43,314 nucleotides of DNA from Cytophagales bacterium (GCA_043773645.1 JAYVEZ010000262.1:1-43314), one strand, 5' to 3'. Shown: positions 27,431 through 37,006, numbered from the stretch's first letter. Notes: generated by a model from the sequence alone, not told the origin. Numbers and translations are program-made.

Positions 27431-28333
27431 CTACTTCGCCTGAGCGGCTTTCAGGCTTTCTGCAATCAAGACCACAAAGTCTTTTCCTTTCACAAAACCT
27501 TTCCCCCAATCGGCTTCATACTTGTCGGTAATGCCCATGGCCGCAAGGTCCTCCACTTTCTTTCCTTTCTTCAGGGCCGCGGCAACCTGGTCTCGGATGT
27601 CAGCCAATTTATCCCGGAATATTTTCACGTCAGCCTTGCTGGCCAACTCACCATGACCCGGAATTATCTTTGAATTCTCATCCATCAAGGCTAGCATTTT
27701 ATCAAGGGAAGAGATAAATCCGTTGATTCCTCCTCCACTGGATACATCGATGAATGGATATCCATAGCGCACAAACATATCACCGGTATGGTATACGTTC
27801 GCGTTCTTAAAATGAACGGCCACGTCTCCGTCGGTATGAGCCGGATCAAAATGAATCAACTCGATGTCTTCATCGTTTAGGTGAAATTTGAGTTTGTCAG
27901 CAAACGTGATAACAGGCAAAGCATCTTTTTCTCTGGCAGGCGTCACCCGATTGAACGCCTTGTTCACTTGCTCCTTGCTCATCCTTTCCCGTACAACATC
28001 ATGGGCGACGATGGTAGCACCCATCCGTTTGAAATTTTCATTGCCGCCACTGTGGTCGCCATGAATGTGGGTGTTGATCAGGAATCGGATCTCCCCCGGA
28101 TCGAGCGTCTTGATGGCCCCATTGATTTTATTGGAAAGTGGCGCAAACTGATCGTCGATCACCACGGTGCCATCCTTTCCAAACATGACTCCAATGTTTC
28201 CGCCAGACCCTTTCAGCATGTAAATATTGTCGGTCACTTTGAGGGGGCGGATTTTCACGGTGTCGAAATTTTGCTGGGCCTCAACGATCAGGGACGTGGC
28301 AGACAAAATGCCAATAAGCAGGATATGTTTCAT
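27431..28333 (-). CDS. Exported MBL-fold metallo-hydrolase (cyclase-like)
   Basis: Start ATG 28333 with signal peptide; INTHIHGDHSGGN (HxHxDH), AHTDGD, HTGD and IIPGHG. Confidence 0.9.
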   Translation of the reverse strand: MKHILLIGILSATSLIVEAQQNFDTVKIRPLKVTDNIYMLKGSGGNIGVMFGKDGTVVIDDQFAPLSNKINGAIKTLDPGEIRFLINTHIHGDHSGGNENFKRMGATIVAHDVVRERMSKEQVNKAFNRVTPAREKDALPVITFADKLKFHLNDEDIELIHFDPAHTDGDVAVHFKNANVYHTGDMFVRYGYPFIDVSSGGGINGFISSLDKMLALMDENSKIIPGHGELASKADVKIFRDKLADIRDQVAAALKKGKKVEDLAAMGITDKYEADWGKGFVKGKDFVVLIAESLKAAQAK

Positions 28334-28348
28334 AGAATGGGTTTGGCC

Positions 28349-28356
28349 CAAATATA
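28349..28356 (-). promoter_or_regulatory. Bacteroidota housekeeping -7 element (TATATTTG) for the MBL gene
   Basis: Exact TAnnTTTG match 15 nt upstream of ATG 28333. Confidence 0.55.
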
Positions 28357-28376
28357 AACCAGGATAAGTACGTCCG

Positions 28377-28399
28377 CAATTCCGCAAGAAACGGGTTGA
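28377..28399 (+). promoter_or_regulatory. Candidate alkylation-regulon operator (Ada-box-like), copy 2
   Basis: caattccgcaagaaacgggttga; degenerate -7 element cacctttg at 28419-28426 at the same offset as in copy 1. Confidence 0.65.
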
Positions 28400-28449
28400 A
28401 ATCCCTTCCATCCCACGCCACCTTTGATCCATCAAAAAACAATAGCTTT

Positions 28450-29304
28450 ATGATCGTGTCAGCCGAAACCAACATCAATTATCAACGCATTGAGCAGGCC
28501 ATTAAATACCTGGAAGAAAACTTTCAGCGTCAGCCCGAACTGGATGAGGTCGCAGAAAAGGTGCACTTGAGTCCGTTCCATTTTCAACGGATCTTTACCG
28601 ACTGGGCGGGTATCAGTCCCAAGAAATTTTTACAATTTCTGACGGTGGACTTTCTCAAATCCAAGCTTCAGGAATCGAAGAACCTGGTAGAGGCTGCTGA
28701 AGCCGCCGGACTCTCCAGTCAGTCGAGGGTGTACGACCTCTTCACTACCCTGGAGGCTGTCACACCACAGGAATACAAGCTGAAAGGATCGGGTATCCAC
28801 ATCGACTATGGATTTCATGAAACGCCTTTTGGCACCTGCCTCCTCAGCGCTACGGATCGGGGGATTTGCTGGCTGTCATTTGTTGCCGTGGGCGAAGAAC
28901 CCAAAACGGAGATGGAGAAAATGAAAGAACACTGGCACAATTCCGTATTTCATCAAAACCAGATGCTGACCTCAGATTTTGTCGATCGGGTGTTTGGCAA
29001 CGAGGACACGAAGGCACGTGGTAAAATTCACCTGCTGGTAAAGGGTACTAATTTTCAAGTCAAAGTTTGGGAAGCCTTGCTAAGGTTGCCGATGGGAAGT
29101 GTGACAACCTATCAAAACATTGCAGAGCGAATTCATAATCCGAAAGCCATGCAGGCCGTTGGATCAGCCGTTGGATCGAACCATATCGCCTTTCTCATTC
29201 CATGCCATCGGGTCATTAGAAAAGACGGGATCCTGGGAGAGTACCGCTGGAGTGCCACACGTAAGAAAAGTATCATCGGGTGGGAAATGGCAAAAGCGGG
29301 GTGA
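28450..29304 (+). CDS. ada: AraC-HTH / methylated-DNA-protein-cysteine methyltransferase (Ada-like, lacking the Zn domain)
   Basis: Start ATG 28450. HTH LDEVAEKVHLSPFHFQRIF...GISPKKF; GTNFQVKVWEAL, AVGSAVG and active-site IPCHRVI. Confidence 0.9.
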   Translation: MIVSAETNINYQRIEQAIKYLEENFQRQPELDEVAEKVHLSPFHFQRIFTDWAGISPKKFLQFLTVDFLKSKLQESKNLVEAAEAAGLSSQSRVYDLFTTLEAVTPQEYKLKGSGIHIDYGFHETPFGTCLLSATDRGICWLSFVAVGEEPKTEMEKMKEHWHNSVFHQNQMLTSDFVDRVFGNEDTKARGKIHLLVKGTNFQVKVWEALLRLPMGSVTTYQNIAERIHNPKAMQAVGSAVGSNHIAFLIPCHRVIRKDGILGEYRWSATRKKSIIGWEMAKAG

Positions 29305-29307
29305 ACA

Positions 29308-29382
29308 GTGAGAAGATGAGAATAGAGAAGATGAGAATGGCTTTTTATTCTCAATTCTCAACTTCTCTATTCCCGATTCTCA
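29308..29382. repeat. 7/8-mer periodic inverted repeat between convergent genes
   Basis: Four GAGAA-containing units facing five TTCTC/TTCCC-containing units (gtgagaa gatgagaa tagagaa gatgagaa ... attctca attctca acttctct attcccg attctca). Confidence 0.75.
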
Positions 29383-29387
29383 GCTTA

Positions 29388-29987
29388 TCAAGTCGCCCAG
29401 GTTCTTCCTACCTCTGTCAACGGCACGCATCCTTTAAAAGGTCCTGGCACTTGACTGTATTGCAGCACTTTCGTGGCGCCCGCCTCGCTCGTGAAAAAAC
29501 CCAACAGCGTAAGCTCCTTAATTTTCAGGATAAAGGGCATCTCTTCACCATGCGCACTCCACCAGCCGGAAGAAGCACCATCCTTTAATTCCGCAAGTGC
29601 CATATCATGGTGCTTTTTTACCATCGCCACCCTGTTGGTATCGCTACAATCCACAAATGTATCACCAAATGTTTTCTTTGCATCGTCATCGAATTCCGCC
29701 AACCCTTTCAGAAACTTATCCTGATCATCCTTCGGGTAAACAACTTTCAACATCGAATCGATAAAGCCCGGGACACCTACATCTTTCGCTCCGGGCGTAC
29801 CCGTACGCGGAAGAATGACCTCCACCAACTCGCCCACCAACCTTGCCTGGTCTTCGGTAAAGAAATCAGGGGTGTAGGTCAATTCAGGAGCAGCCTTACA
29901 CCCATTCAATATTCCCACCAGGGCCGGACCTGTAATAGCATAGCCCAATACAGTGGCTGCGCGTTGAATTGCTTCTCGTCTGTCCAT
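29388..29987 (-). CDS. Gluconate 2-dehydrogenase subunit 3 family protein (Tat carrier subunit)
   Basis: MDRREAI twin-arginine, ILPRTGTPGAKDVGVPGFID, KELTLLGFFTSEAGAT and VPGPFKGC. Confidence 0.9.
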   Translation of the reverse strand: MDRREAIQRAATVLGYAITGPALVGILNGCKAAPELTYTPDFFTEDQARLVGELVEVILPRTGTPGAKDVGVPGFIDSMLKVVYPKDDQDKFLKGLAEFDDDAKKTFGDTFVDCSDTNRVAMVKKHHDMALAELKDGASSGWWSAHGEEMPFILKIKELTLLGFFTSEAGATKVLQYSQVPGPFKGCVPLTEVGRTWAT

Positions 29988-30018
29988 ACATTAACCATTT
30001 ACAATTATCAATTAACCA

Positions 30019-31731
30019 TTACCCCAAGTTTCCTTTCTTCAATTCCTCCACGGCATGATTTGCTGCGCGTGCGGTCAGTGCCATGTAGGTGAGTGAAGGA
30101 TTTTGACAGGCGGATGAAGTCATGGCCGCTCCGTCTGTTACAAAAACATTGGGGGCCTCATGCACCTGGTTCCATTTGTTTAATACGGATGTCTTTGGGT
30201 CTTTGCCCATGCGGGCAGTGCCCATCTCATGAATGCCCAACCCTATGTTGTCGGGGTTGTCAAATATTCTTACGTTCTTAAATCCAGATGCTTCAAGCAT
30301 TTCCGCCGCAGCTTCCTTCATATCCTTGCGCATGCGCTTTTCATTGTCTTTCCACTCAGCATCCACGGTCAGCGTTGGCAGTCCGTTTGAATCTTTCTTT
30401 TCCTTATTGATGGTAACACGGTTTTCAGGATACGGTAAACATTCACCAAAACCTCCCATTCCGAATTTCCAACCTCCAGGTATCGTGAGTGCTTCTTTCA
30501 GGTCTGCTCCGAAAGACATTTCTGCAACGCCGCGCCACCAGCCCTCCCGGCTTCCGCCTCCCTGGTAACCAAAACCCCGGAGGTAATCCGTGCGCCTGTC
30601 CCTGTCAACATTTCTGAACCGGGGAACATAGATGCCATTGGGCCTGCGGCCGATATAATACTTATCTTCAAATCCATCGACATCACCTTCCGCTCCTGCC
30701 CGGTACTGGTGGTCCATCAGGTTGCGGCCCAACTGATCACTGCCATTGCCCATACCGTTGGGAAATCGGTTTGAAATTGAGTTCATTAAAATAAACGTGC
30801 TGCCCAAAGCGGAAGCATTCAGGAATATGATATTCGCAAAGAATTCAATCTCTTCCTTTGTCTCCGCATCAATTACTTTTACTCCCACCGCTTTTCCCTT
30901 CTTCTCATCATAGATCACGGAATGAACCACCGAATGGGGTCTTAATGTCATGTTGCCGGTCTTCATGGCAGCGGGAAGTGTTGAGGCATTGCTGCTGAAA
31001 TACGCTCCGTATGGACATCCGCGGTCGCACAGGTTTCTTGACTGGCATATGCCGCGCGTTGGATCGTGTGCCAGCGGCGCCGTAACATGGGCAACCCGTC
31101 CGATCGTAACCTTTCTGCCACCAAATTTTTCTGAAACTTTACTTTTAAATAAGCCCTCAACGCAATTCATTTCCATCGGGGGCAGAAATTTTCCATCTGG
31201 GAGATGGGCCAGTCCTTCGGCTTGACCACTCACACCAATGTAAGATTCAACATGGTCGTACCAGGGTGCGAGGTCTTTGTAGCGGATAGGCCAATCCACA
31301 CCAAACCCATCTTTGCTGTTGGCTTCAAAATCCAGGTCGGACAACCGGTAAGTCTGTTTACCCCAAATGAGGGATCGCCCCCCTACCTGATAGCCCCGGA
31401 TCCAATCAAAGGGTTTTGTTTCATTGTACGGATTCTCGATGTCATTGACGAAAAAATGCTTGTTGCCCTGGCCTACCCAACCCGTTCTGGATTGTACTGG
31501 ATAAAGCTTTAGTTCTTCGGCGGAAAGCCTTCCAGCATTGGGAAGTTGCCAGGGATCTTTTGACATGGTGGGGTAATCAACAACATGTCGGACGTCCCGC
31601 CCACGTTCCAGCACCAATGTTTTCAAACCTTTTTCAGTCAGTTCTTTGGCAGCCCATCCGCCACTGATGCCGGTACCGACCACGATCGCATCGTAAGTGT
31701 TCTGCTTTTGTGCGTCAATGTTGAGGTTCAT
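30019..31731 (-). CDS. GMC-family FAD oxidoreductase (glucoside 3-dehydrogenase-like)
   Basis: Start ATG 31731. YDAIVVGTGISGGWAAKEL, VGGRSLIWG, Cys cluster CQSRNLCDRGCP, GRNLMDH, IHEMGTARMG and QNPSLTYMALTARA. Confidence 0.92.
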   Translation of the reverse strand: MNLNIDAQKQNTYDAIVVGTGISGGWAAKELTEKGLKTLVLERGRDVRHVVDYPTMSKDPWQLPNAGRLSAEELKLYPVQSRTGWVGQGNKHFFVNDIENPYNETKPFDWIRGYQVGGRSLIWGKQTYRLSDLDFEANSKDGFGVDWPIRYKDLAPWYDHVESYIGVSGQAEGLAHLPDGKFLPPMEMNCVEGLFKSKVSEKFGGRKVTIGRVAHVTAPLAHDPTRGICQSRNLCDRGCPYGAYFSSNASTLPAAMKTGNMTLRPHSVVHSVIYDEKKGKAVGVKVIDAETKEEIEFFANIIFLNASALGSTFILMNSISNRFPNGMGNGSDQLGRNLMDHQYRAGAEGDVDGFEDKYYIGRRPNGIYVPRFRNVDRDRRTDYLRGFGYQGGGSREGWWRGVAEMSFGADLKEALTIPGGWKFGMGGFGECLPYPENRVTINKEKKDSNGLPTLTVDAEWKDNEKRMRKDMKEAAAEMLEASGFKNVRIFDNPDNIGLGIHEMGTARMGKDPKTSVLNKWNQVHEAPNVFVTDGAAMTSSACQNPSLTYMALTARAANHAVEELKKGNLG

Positions 31732-31991
31732 AGTACGGTTATTAAGGTGTTCAAATTTAACTTTTCCTGATGGGGGGCCTAACAATTTACTTTATTATTT
31801 TGGTCACCAATTAACCTACAGGAATTAATTCATGGCTCCGGAAATAGCAGGGGTAACCAAGAACACAAGGAAGTCACCAAGATCCCGAAGTCAATAACCC
31901 TGAACGCCGGTATTCAACTTGATTCATGGTCAACATCCTTAATTTCCCGGCCCAGAATGGTAATTCATTTATTTTGTAGTTTCGGGTAATC

Positions 31992-32903
31992 ATGAAACTT
32001 CTCCAACAACTCTGTTCGATTCCCGGCACTTCAGGCCATGAAGCAGACATCAAGGACTTTCTACTCCATTATATTCAAAAGGAAAAAAAGAACTGGAAGA
32101 CAAAGCCAGAAATCTTTCATGGGGATGGTTTCCAGGATTGTATCGTCCTGAAATTTGGCAAGCCACGCACAGCAATTTTCGCTCACATGGACACGGTGGG
32201 ATTTACAGTTCGCTATTTGAATCAATTGCTGTCGGTGGGGAGTCCTGATGCAGAAGACGGTGCTCGACTCGTGGGGCATGACCGCCATGGGCCGATCGAG
32301 TGCGAACTGGAATTTGACAAAGAACACCATGCATTGTACAAATTCGGCAGACCCATTGAACGTGGTACTCCTTTGAGTTATAAGATCAACTTCAAAGAAT
32401 CAAAACAATTTATTGAATCTGCCTACCTCGATGACCGGCTGGGAATTTACGCAGCGTTGAAGGCCGCAGAAAAAATTAAAGACGGCGTTATTATATTTAG
32501 CTGCTGGGAAGAGCATGGAGGAGGGTCCGTTCCTTACCTGGCCAAATTCATCTATGAAAAGTGGGGCATCCGGCAGGCGTTGATTTCGGATATCACCTGG
32601 GTTTCTGATGGTGTAGAACACGGAAAGGGGGTAGCCATTTCACTCCGTGACCGAAATATCCCACGCAAAGCATTCATCGATCGCGTCATCGCCATTGCCC
32701 AAAAGCACAAAGTCCCGCACCAGCTCGAAGTCGAAGGATTGGGTTCAAGTGACGGCGGTGAATTGCAGCGAGCCCCCTATCCATTCGACTGGTGTTTTGT
32801 CGGGGCTCCGGAAATGCATCCCCATACCCCACACGAAAAAGTGCACAAGCAAGACATCAATTCAATGATCGAACTGTATGGGTGGCTGATGAGGGAACTT
32901 TGA
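31992..32903 (+). CDS. M42-family metallo-aminopeptidase
   Basis: SGHE, AHMDTVG, YLDDRLG, WEEHG, ISDIT, SSDG and HTPHE metal-ligand pattern. Confidence 0.85.
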   Translation: MKLLQQLCSIPGTSGHEADIKDFLLHYIQKEKKNWKTKPEIFHGDGFQDCIVLKFGKPRTAIFAHMDTVGFTVRYLNQLLSVGSPDAEDGARLVGHDRHGPIECELEFDKEHHALYKFGRPIERGTPLSYKINFKESKQFIESAYLDDRLGIYAALKAAEKIKDGVIIFSCWEEHGGGSVPYLAKFIYEKWGIRQALISDITWVSDGVEHGKGVAISLRDRNIPRKAFIDRVIAIAQKHKVPHQLEVEGLGSSDGGELQRAPYPFDWCFVGAPEMHPHTPHEKVHKQDINSMIELYGWLMREL

Positions 32904-32980
32904 GAAATTAGGAATTAAAAATTATGAGGTGCTTCTGTCGATTAAAATTAGTAATCCGTATAACAAACCATGACTGAACA

Positions 32981-34336
32981 ATGAAATCACGCAGAGACTT
33001 TATCAAAACCACCGCAGTAGCCGGTGCAGGGTTAACATTCTTGAACTCCAATTCCCTCTTCGCCAAGGATAAGGAATCAAAACTCCGTCTTGGCTTCATC
33101 GGGGTCGGTCTGCGTGGACAAAATCACCTCGAATTGGCCCTTCGGAGAAATGACGTCGAAATACTGGCCCTTTGCGATGTTCAACAAGTGATGATGGACT
33201 CAGCCATGGATCTTGTTAATAAATCGAGCAAACCAAAACCACAGCTCATCCTCGAAGGTCCATATGGGTATAAAAAACTATTGGAGAACAAAGACATCGA
33301 CGCAGTCATCATCGCTACACCCTGGGAATGGCACACCGCCATGTGCCTGGATGCAATGAATGCAAAGAAGTACGTAGGCTGCGAAGTAATCACTGGCATG
33401 ACGATTGAAGAGTGCTGGGAACTGGTGCACACCAGTGAACGCACCGGAATGCCATTGATGATGCTGGAAAATGTTTGCTACCGCCGCGATGTCATGGCCA
33501 TCCTGAACATGGTCCGTCAGGATCTTTTCGGAGAAATGGTACACCTGCAAGCAGGATACCAGCACGATTTGCGTGAAGTAAAGTTTAACAGCGGCACCCA
33601 GCCGTATGGTGGCGGGGTTGAGTTTGGTGAAAAAGGATTTTCAGAAGCAAAGTGGCGCACCCAACATGCTGTAAACAGAAATGGCGACCTCTACCCCACC
33701 CACGGCATAGGGCCCTTGGCCATGATGACCAACATCAACCGCGGAAACCGTTTTACACAATTGGTTTCATATGCCACGAAGTCACGCGGGCTTCACAACT
33801 ACATCGTAAAAAAAGGAGGTGAAAATCATCCCAACGCCAAGGTGAATTTTAAATTGGGGGACATTGTCACTACCATGATCCGTACCTCCAACGACGAGAC
33901 CATCCTGCTACAGCATGATACCAATTTACCCCGGCCCTATTCCATTGGATTCCGTGTTCAGGGTACGAATGGGCTATGGATGGATGTGAACAAGTCCATT
34001 TACATTGATGGGCAAAGCAAAGAAGCCCACCGCTGGGAAGAGGCACAGTCCTGGCTCGATAAATATGATCATCCCCTCTGGAAAAAATATGGAACCGATG
34101 CAGCGGGTGCAGGACACGGAGGCATGGATTGGTTTGTATTGAATGCCTTCATCGAATCCGCCAAACGAAAAATTGCGCCTCCTCAGGATGTTTACGATGC
34201 GGTCACGTGGAGTGCGATTACTCCTCTATCCGAAACCTCAATCCAAATGGGTGGTGCCAGTGTTGAGTTTCCGGATTTCACCAAAGGGCAATGGATGTAT
34301 CGGAAAAATACCTTCGCCGTGGGGGATGATTACTGA
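32981..34336 (+). CDS. Gfo/Idh/MocA oxidoreductase, GH109 (NAD+-dependent glycosidase)-like, Tat-exported
   Basis: SRRDFIK; IGVGLRG, IATPWEWH, MMLENVCYRR, YQHDLR, GDLYPTHG, HDTNLPRPYS, GHGGMD and FPDFTKG. Confidence 0.88.
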   Translation: MKSRRDFIKTTAVAGAGLTFLNSNSLFAKDKESKLRLGFIGVGLRGQNHLELALRRNDVEILALCDVQQVMMDSAMDLVNKSSKPKPQLILEGPYGYKKLLENKDIDAVIIATPWEWHTAMCLDAMNAKKYVGCEVITGMTIEECWELVHTSERTGMPLMMLENVCYRRDVMAILNMVRQDLFGEMVHLQAGYQHDLREVKFNSGTQPYGGGVEFGEKGFSEAKWRTQHAVNRNGDLYPTHGIGPLAMMTNINRGNRFTQLVSYATKSRGLHNYIVKKGGENHPNAKVNFKLGDIVTTMIRTSNDETILLQHDTNLPRPYSIGFRVQGTNGLWMDVNKSIYIDGQSKEAHRWEEAQSWLDKYDHPLWKKYGTDAAGAGHGGMDWFVLNAFIESAKRKIAPPQDVYDAVTWSAITPLSETSIQMGGASVEFPDFTKGQWMYRKNTFAVGDDY

Positions 34337-34507
34337 CAATCGAATAAACAATCACCGGTCCGGATAGCAATCAGCGCAAATCATCGAAATAGTTCGCTCA
34401 AGAATTATCTTGGTTGCAGTTAAGAGCCATACCCCTTATTCGGTATTGAATTGCTCGTTTACTGAATTAACGAATGACCGGATTGATCCCAGCCTGAATA
34501 AAACATC

Positions 34508-34515
34508 TATCTTTG
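34508..34515 (+). promoter_or_regulatory. Bacteroidota -7 promoter element (TATCTTTG) for hpt
   Basis: Exact TAnnTTTG match 18 nt before ATG 34534. Confidence 0.6.
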
Positions 34516-34533
34516 CCCTCTGTTATTCTCCCT

Positions 34534-35073
34534 ATGAAGCTCAAAGATCTCGAATTCAAGAAGTTTATTACTGCCGATCGCATTGAAAAGAAAGTAGCCA
34601 GCCTGGCACACCAAATCAATGCTGACTACGAGGAAAGGACTCCCATTTTCCTACCCGTACTGAACGGCTCTTTTATGTTTGCCTCCGATCTTCTAAAAGA
34701 AATTACGCTTTCCTGCCGGGTTTCCTTTGTAAAAATTTCTTCCTATGCCGGTGGCACGACCAGCACTGGCCAACTGAAGACCCTCATCGGTCACGACGAA
34801 AGTCTCTTTGGCCTGGACATCATTATTGTCGAAGACATTGTTGACAGTGGCCTCACCCTGGAGAAGCTCATGGAAGACCTGAAGGGTCGCGGCGCCAAAT
34901 CGGTGGAAGCGATTGCCCTCCTGCGCAAACGGGTGGCACGCGAAAAAGATATTCAGGTCAAATACGTTGGCTTCGAACTGGAAGATGAATTTATTCTAGG
35001 CTATGGTCTGGATTACGATGGCCTTGGCAGAAACCTCAAGGACATTTACAAGCAAGTATCCGCTGGCGAATAG
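34534..35073 (+). CDS. hpt: Hypoxanthine phosphoribosyltransferase
   Basis: VLNGSFMFASDL, SSY, IIVEDIVDSGLTL and FILGYGLDYDGLGRNL; start ATG 34534. Confidence 0.95.
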   Translation: MKLKDLEFKKFITADRIEKKVASLAHQINADYEERTPIFLPVLNGSFMFASDLLKEITLSCRVSFVKISSYAGGTTSTGQLKTLIGHDESLFGLDIIIVEDIVDSGLTLEKLMEDLKGRGAKSVEAIALLRKRVAREKDIQVKYVGFELEDEFILGYGLDYDGLGRNLKDIYKQVSAGE

Positions 35074-35161
35074 AAATTTGTACTTCATGCTGCGATAACC
35101 CCCATTTGGAGGGAGGCCGATGGTAAAGTATCTTCGCAAACTTTGACTTTAATAAACAGCC

Positions 35162-35731
35162 ATGGTTAACATCGTCCTCTTTGGCCCACCCGGTGCTGGC
35201 AAAGGCACGCAGAGCGAGGGCATTATCAAGAAATATCAGTTCAGCCACATCTCCACAGGAGATCTCTTCCGAAAGCACCTCAAAGAAGGATCCGCCCTTG
35301 GCAAACTTGCACAGCGCTACATGGATGCCGGCAACCTGGTCCCCGATCAGGTAGTGATCGATATGGTGGATGACAAGATCAAGTCGGATGGAAAAGTGAA
35401 TGGCTATATCTTCGATGGCTTCCCCCGCACCGTGGCCCAGGCGGAAGCGCTTGACAAACTGATGAACGGAAAAGGCACGCCCATCTCATGCATGATTGCC
35501 CTGGAGGTGTCGAAGGAAGAGTTGGTAAAAAGGTTGCTCAACCGGGGCAAGACCTCAGGCCGGGTAGATGATCAGGACGAAGTAAAAATTCAGAATCGCA
35601 TCACCGTCTATGAAAACGAGACCATTCCAGTTGCCAACTTTTATAAAAAGCAGGGCAAGTTCAATGGGATCAATGGGCTCGGCAATGTTGATGATATCTT
35701 TAAGAACATTTGCAAAGTGATTGATGCGTAA
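35162..35731 (+). CDS. adk: Adenylate kinase (short LID)
   Basis: GPPGAGKGTQ, HISTGDLFR, GNLVPD, FDGFPRT and GRVDD. Confidence 0.97.
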   Translation: MVNIVLFGPPGAGKGTQSEGIIKKYQFSHISTGDLFRKHLKEGSALGKLAQRYMDAGNLVPDQVVIDMVDDKIKSDGKVNGYIFDGFPRTVAQAEALDKLMNGKGTPISCMIALEVSKEELVKRLLNRGKTSGRVDDQDEVKIQNRITVYENETIPVANFYKKQGKFNGINGLGNVDDIFKNICKVIDA

Positions 35732-35734
35732 TGT

Positions 35735-35783
35735 GTTGCCGGTTACAAGTTACCAGTAACCAGCAACTTGTAACCTGAAACTA
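35735..35783. repeat. Heptamer-periodic inverted repeat between adk and obgE
   Basis: gttgccg gttacaa gttacca gtaacca gcaactt gtaacct gaaacta; 35741-35751 pairs perfectly with 35765-35775. Confidence 0.75.
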
Positions 35784-35786
35784 TTC

Positions 35787-36776
35787 ATGTCGAATCCAAA
35801 TTTCATTGATTACGTAAAATTCCATTCTCATTCCGGCAATGGTGGAGCCGGCTGTTTGCATTTTCACCGTGAAAAATTCGTTGATAAGGGTGGTCCCGAT
35901 GGTGGCGATGGTGGACGGGGTGGTCATGTCATTCTCCGAGGCAGTTCCAACCTCTGGACTTTGCTTCACCTGAAGTTTCGCAAGCATGTTTCGGCCCAGG
36001 ATGGCGTTGGAGGGGAAGGTCAGGATCGCACCGGTGCTGATGGCAAGGACGAAATCATTGAAGTACCGCTGGGCACCATCGCACGCCATGCCGACACCAG
36101 CGAGTTCATCTGTGAAATCAATACCGACGGGGAAGAAATCATTTTGAGCAAGGGAGGCCGCGGAGGCAAAGGCAACGCATTTTTTGCAACCCCCACCCAG
36201 CAAGCTCCACGCCACGCACAGCCGGGCGAGGCCGGACAAGAAGGATGGATCATTCTCGAACTCAAATTGCTTGCGGATGTCGGGTTGGTCGGATTTCCCA
36301 ATGCCGGAAAGTCTACTCTGTTATCTGTAGTCTCCGCAGCGAAACCAAAGATAGCAGACTATGCATTCACCACACTCACGCCCAATTTGGGCGTAGTTCC
36401 CTACCGCAACAACCAATCCTTTGTGATGGCGGATATTCCCGGGATCATTGAAGGTGCCTCTGAAGGCAAAGGACTCGGCATTCGATTTCTCCGGCACGTT
36501 GAACGAAATTCCCTGTTGCTCTTTTTGGTGCCTGCTGATTCAAATGACATCAAGAAGGAATATGATATCCTGTTAAACGAGCTTAAGCAATACAATCCTG
36601 AGCTCCTCGACAAGAAGCGTCTTCTGGCAGTATCAAAATCAGATTTGCTGGATGAAGAGCTGAAAGAAGCCATCAGGAAAGAACTTCCTCCCGAACTGCC
36701 ATTTACTTTTATCTCCGCCATGACTCAGCAGGGCATTGTTGAATTGAAGGATTTGATTTGGAAGAGTTTGCATTGA
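35787..36776 (+). CDS. obgE: GTPase ObgE/CgtA
   Basis: [46 protein letters not shown] and [10 protein letters not shown]. Confidence 0.97.
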   Translation: MSNPNFIDYVKFHSHSGNGGAGCLHFHREKFVDKGGPDGGDGGRGGHVILRGSSNLWTLLHLKFRKHVSAQDGVGGEGQDRTGADGKDEIIEVPLGTIARHADTSEFICEINTDGEEIILSKGGRGGKGNAFFATPTQQAPRHAQPGEAGQEGWIILELKLLADVGLVGFPNAGKSTLLSVVSAAKPKIADYAFTTLTPNLGVVPYRNNQSFVMADIPGIIEGASEGKGLGIRFLRHVERNSLLLFLVPADSNDIKKEYDILLNELKQYNPELLDKKRLLAVSKSDLLDEELKEAIRKELPPELPFTFISAMTQQGIVELKDLIWKSLH

Positions 36777-36829
36777 TACTGTTGACACTTGAATTCCTTT
36801 CCTCATTCAAGAGATATTAAAAGCTTAGC

Positions 36830-36856
36830 CACAGATTCCACAGATTTTCACAGATT
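36830..36856 (+). repeat. CACAGATT x3 with 9/10-nt period
   Basis: Copies at 36830, 36839 and 36849. Confidence 0.65.
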
Positions 36857-37006
36857 CTTTTGCTCCTGGCCACCTCTGAGTCTTCTGAAGAAATAAGACC
36901 TTGGTCCTGCCCAATGCCTGATACCTAATACCCAAGTTGGTCATCTTGGCACATTTGATCAATTGGCAGAATTCTTGTCATTTTGCCCCTTGTTGAGAAG
37001 GAAACC

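Noticed and set aside
27431-28333. Metallo-beta-lactamase resistance gene
   Set aside because: The HxHxDH and GD motifs and overall sequence fit the broad cyclase-like MBL-fold hydrolases, not a recognisable B1/B2/B3 beta-lactamase.
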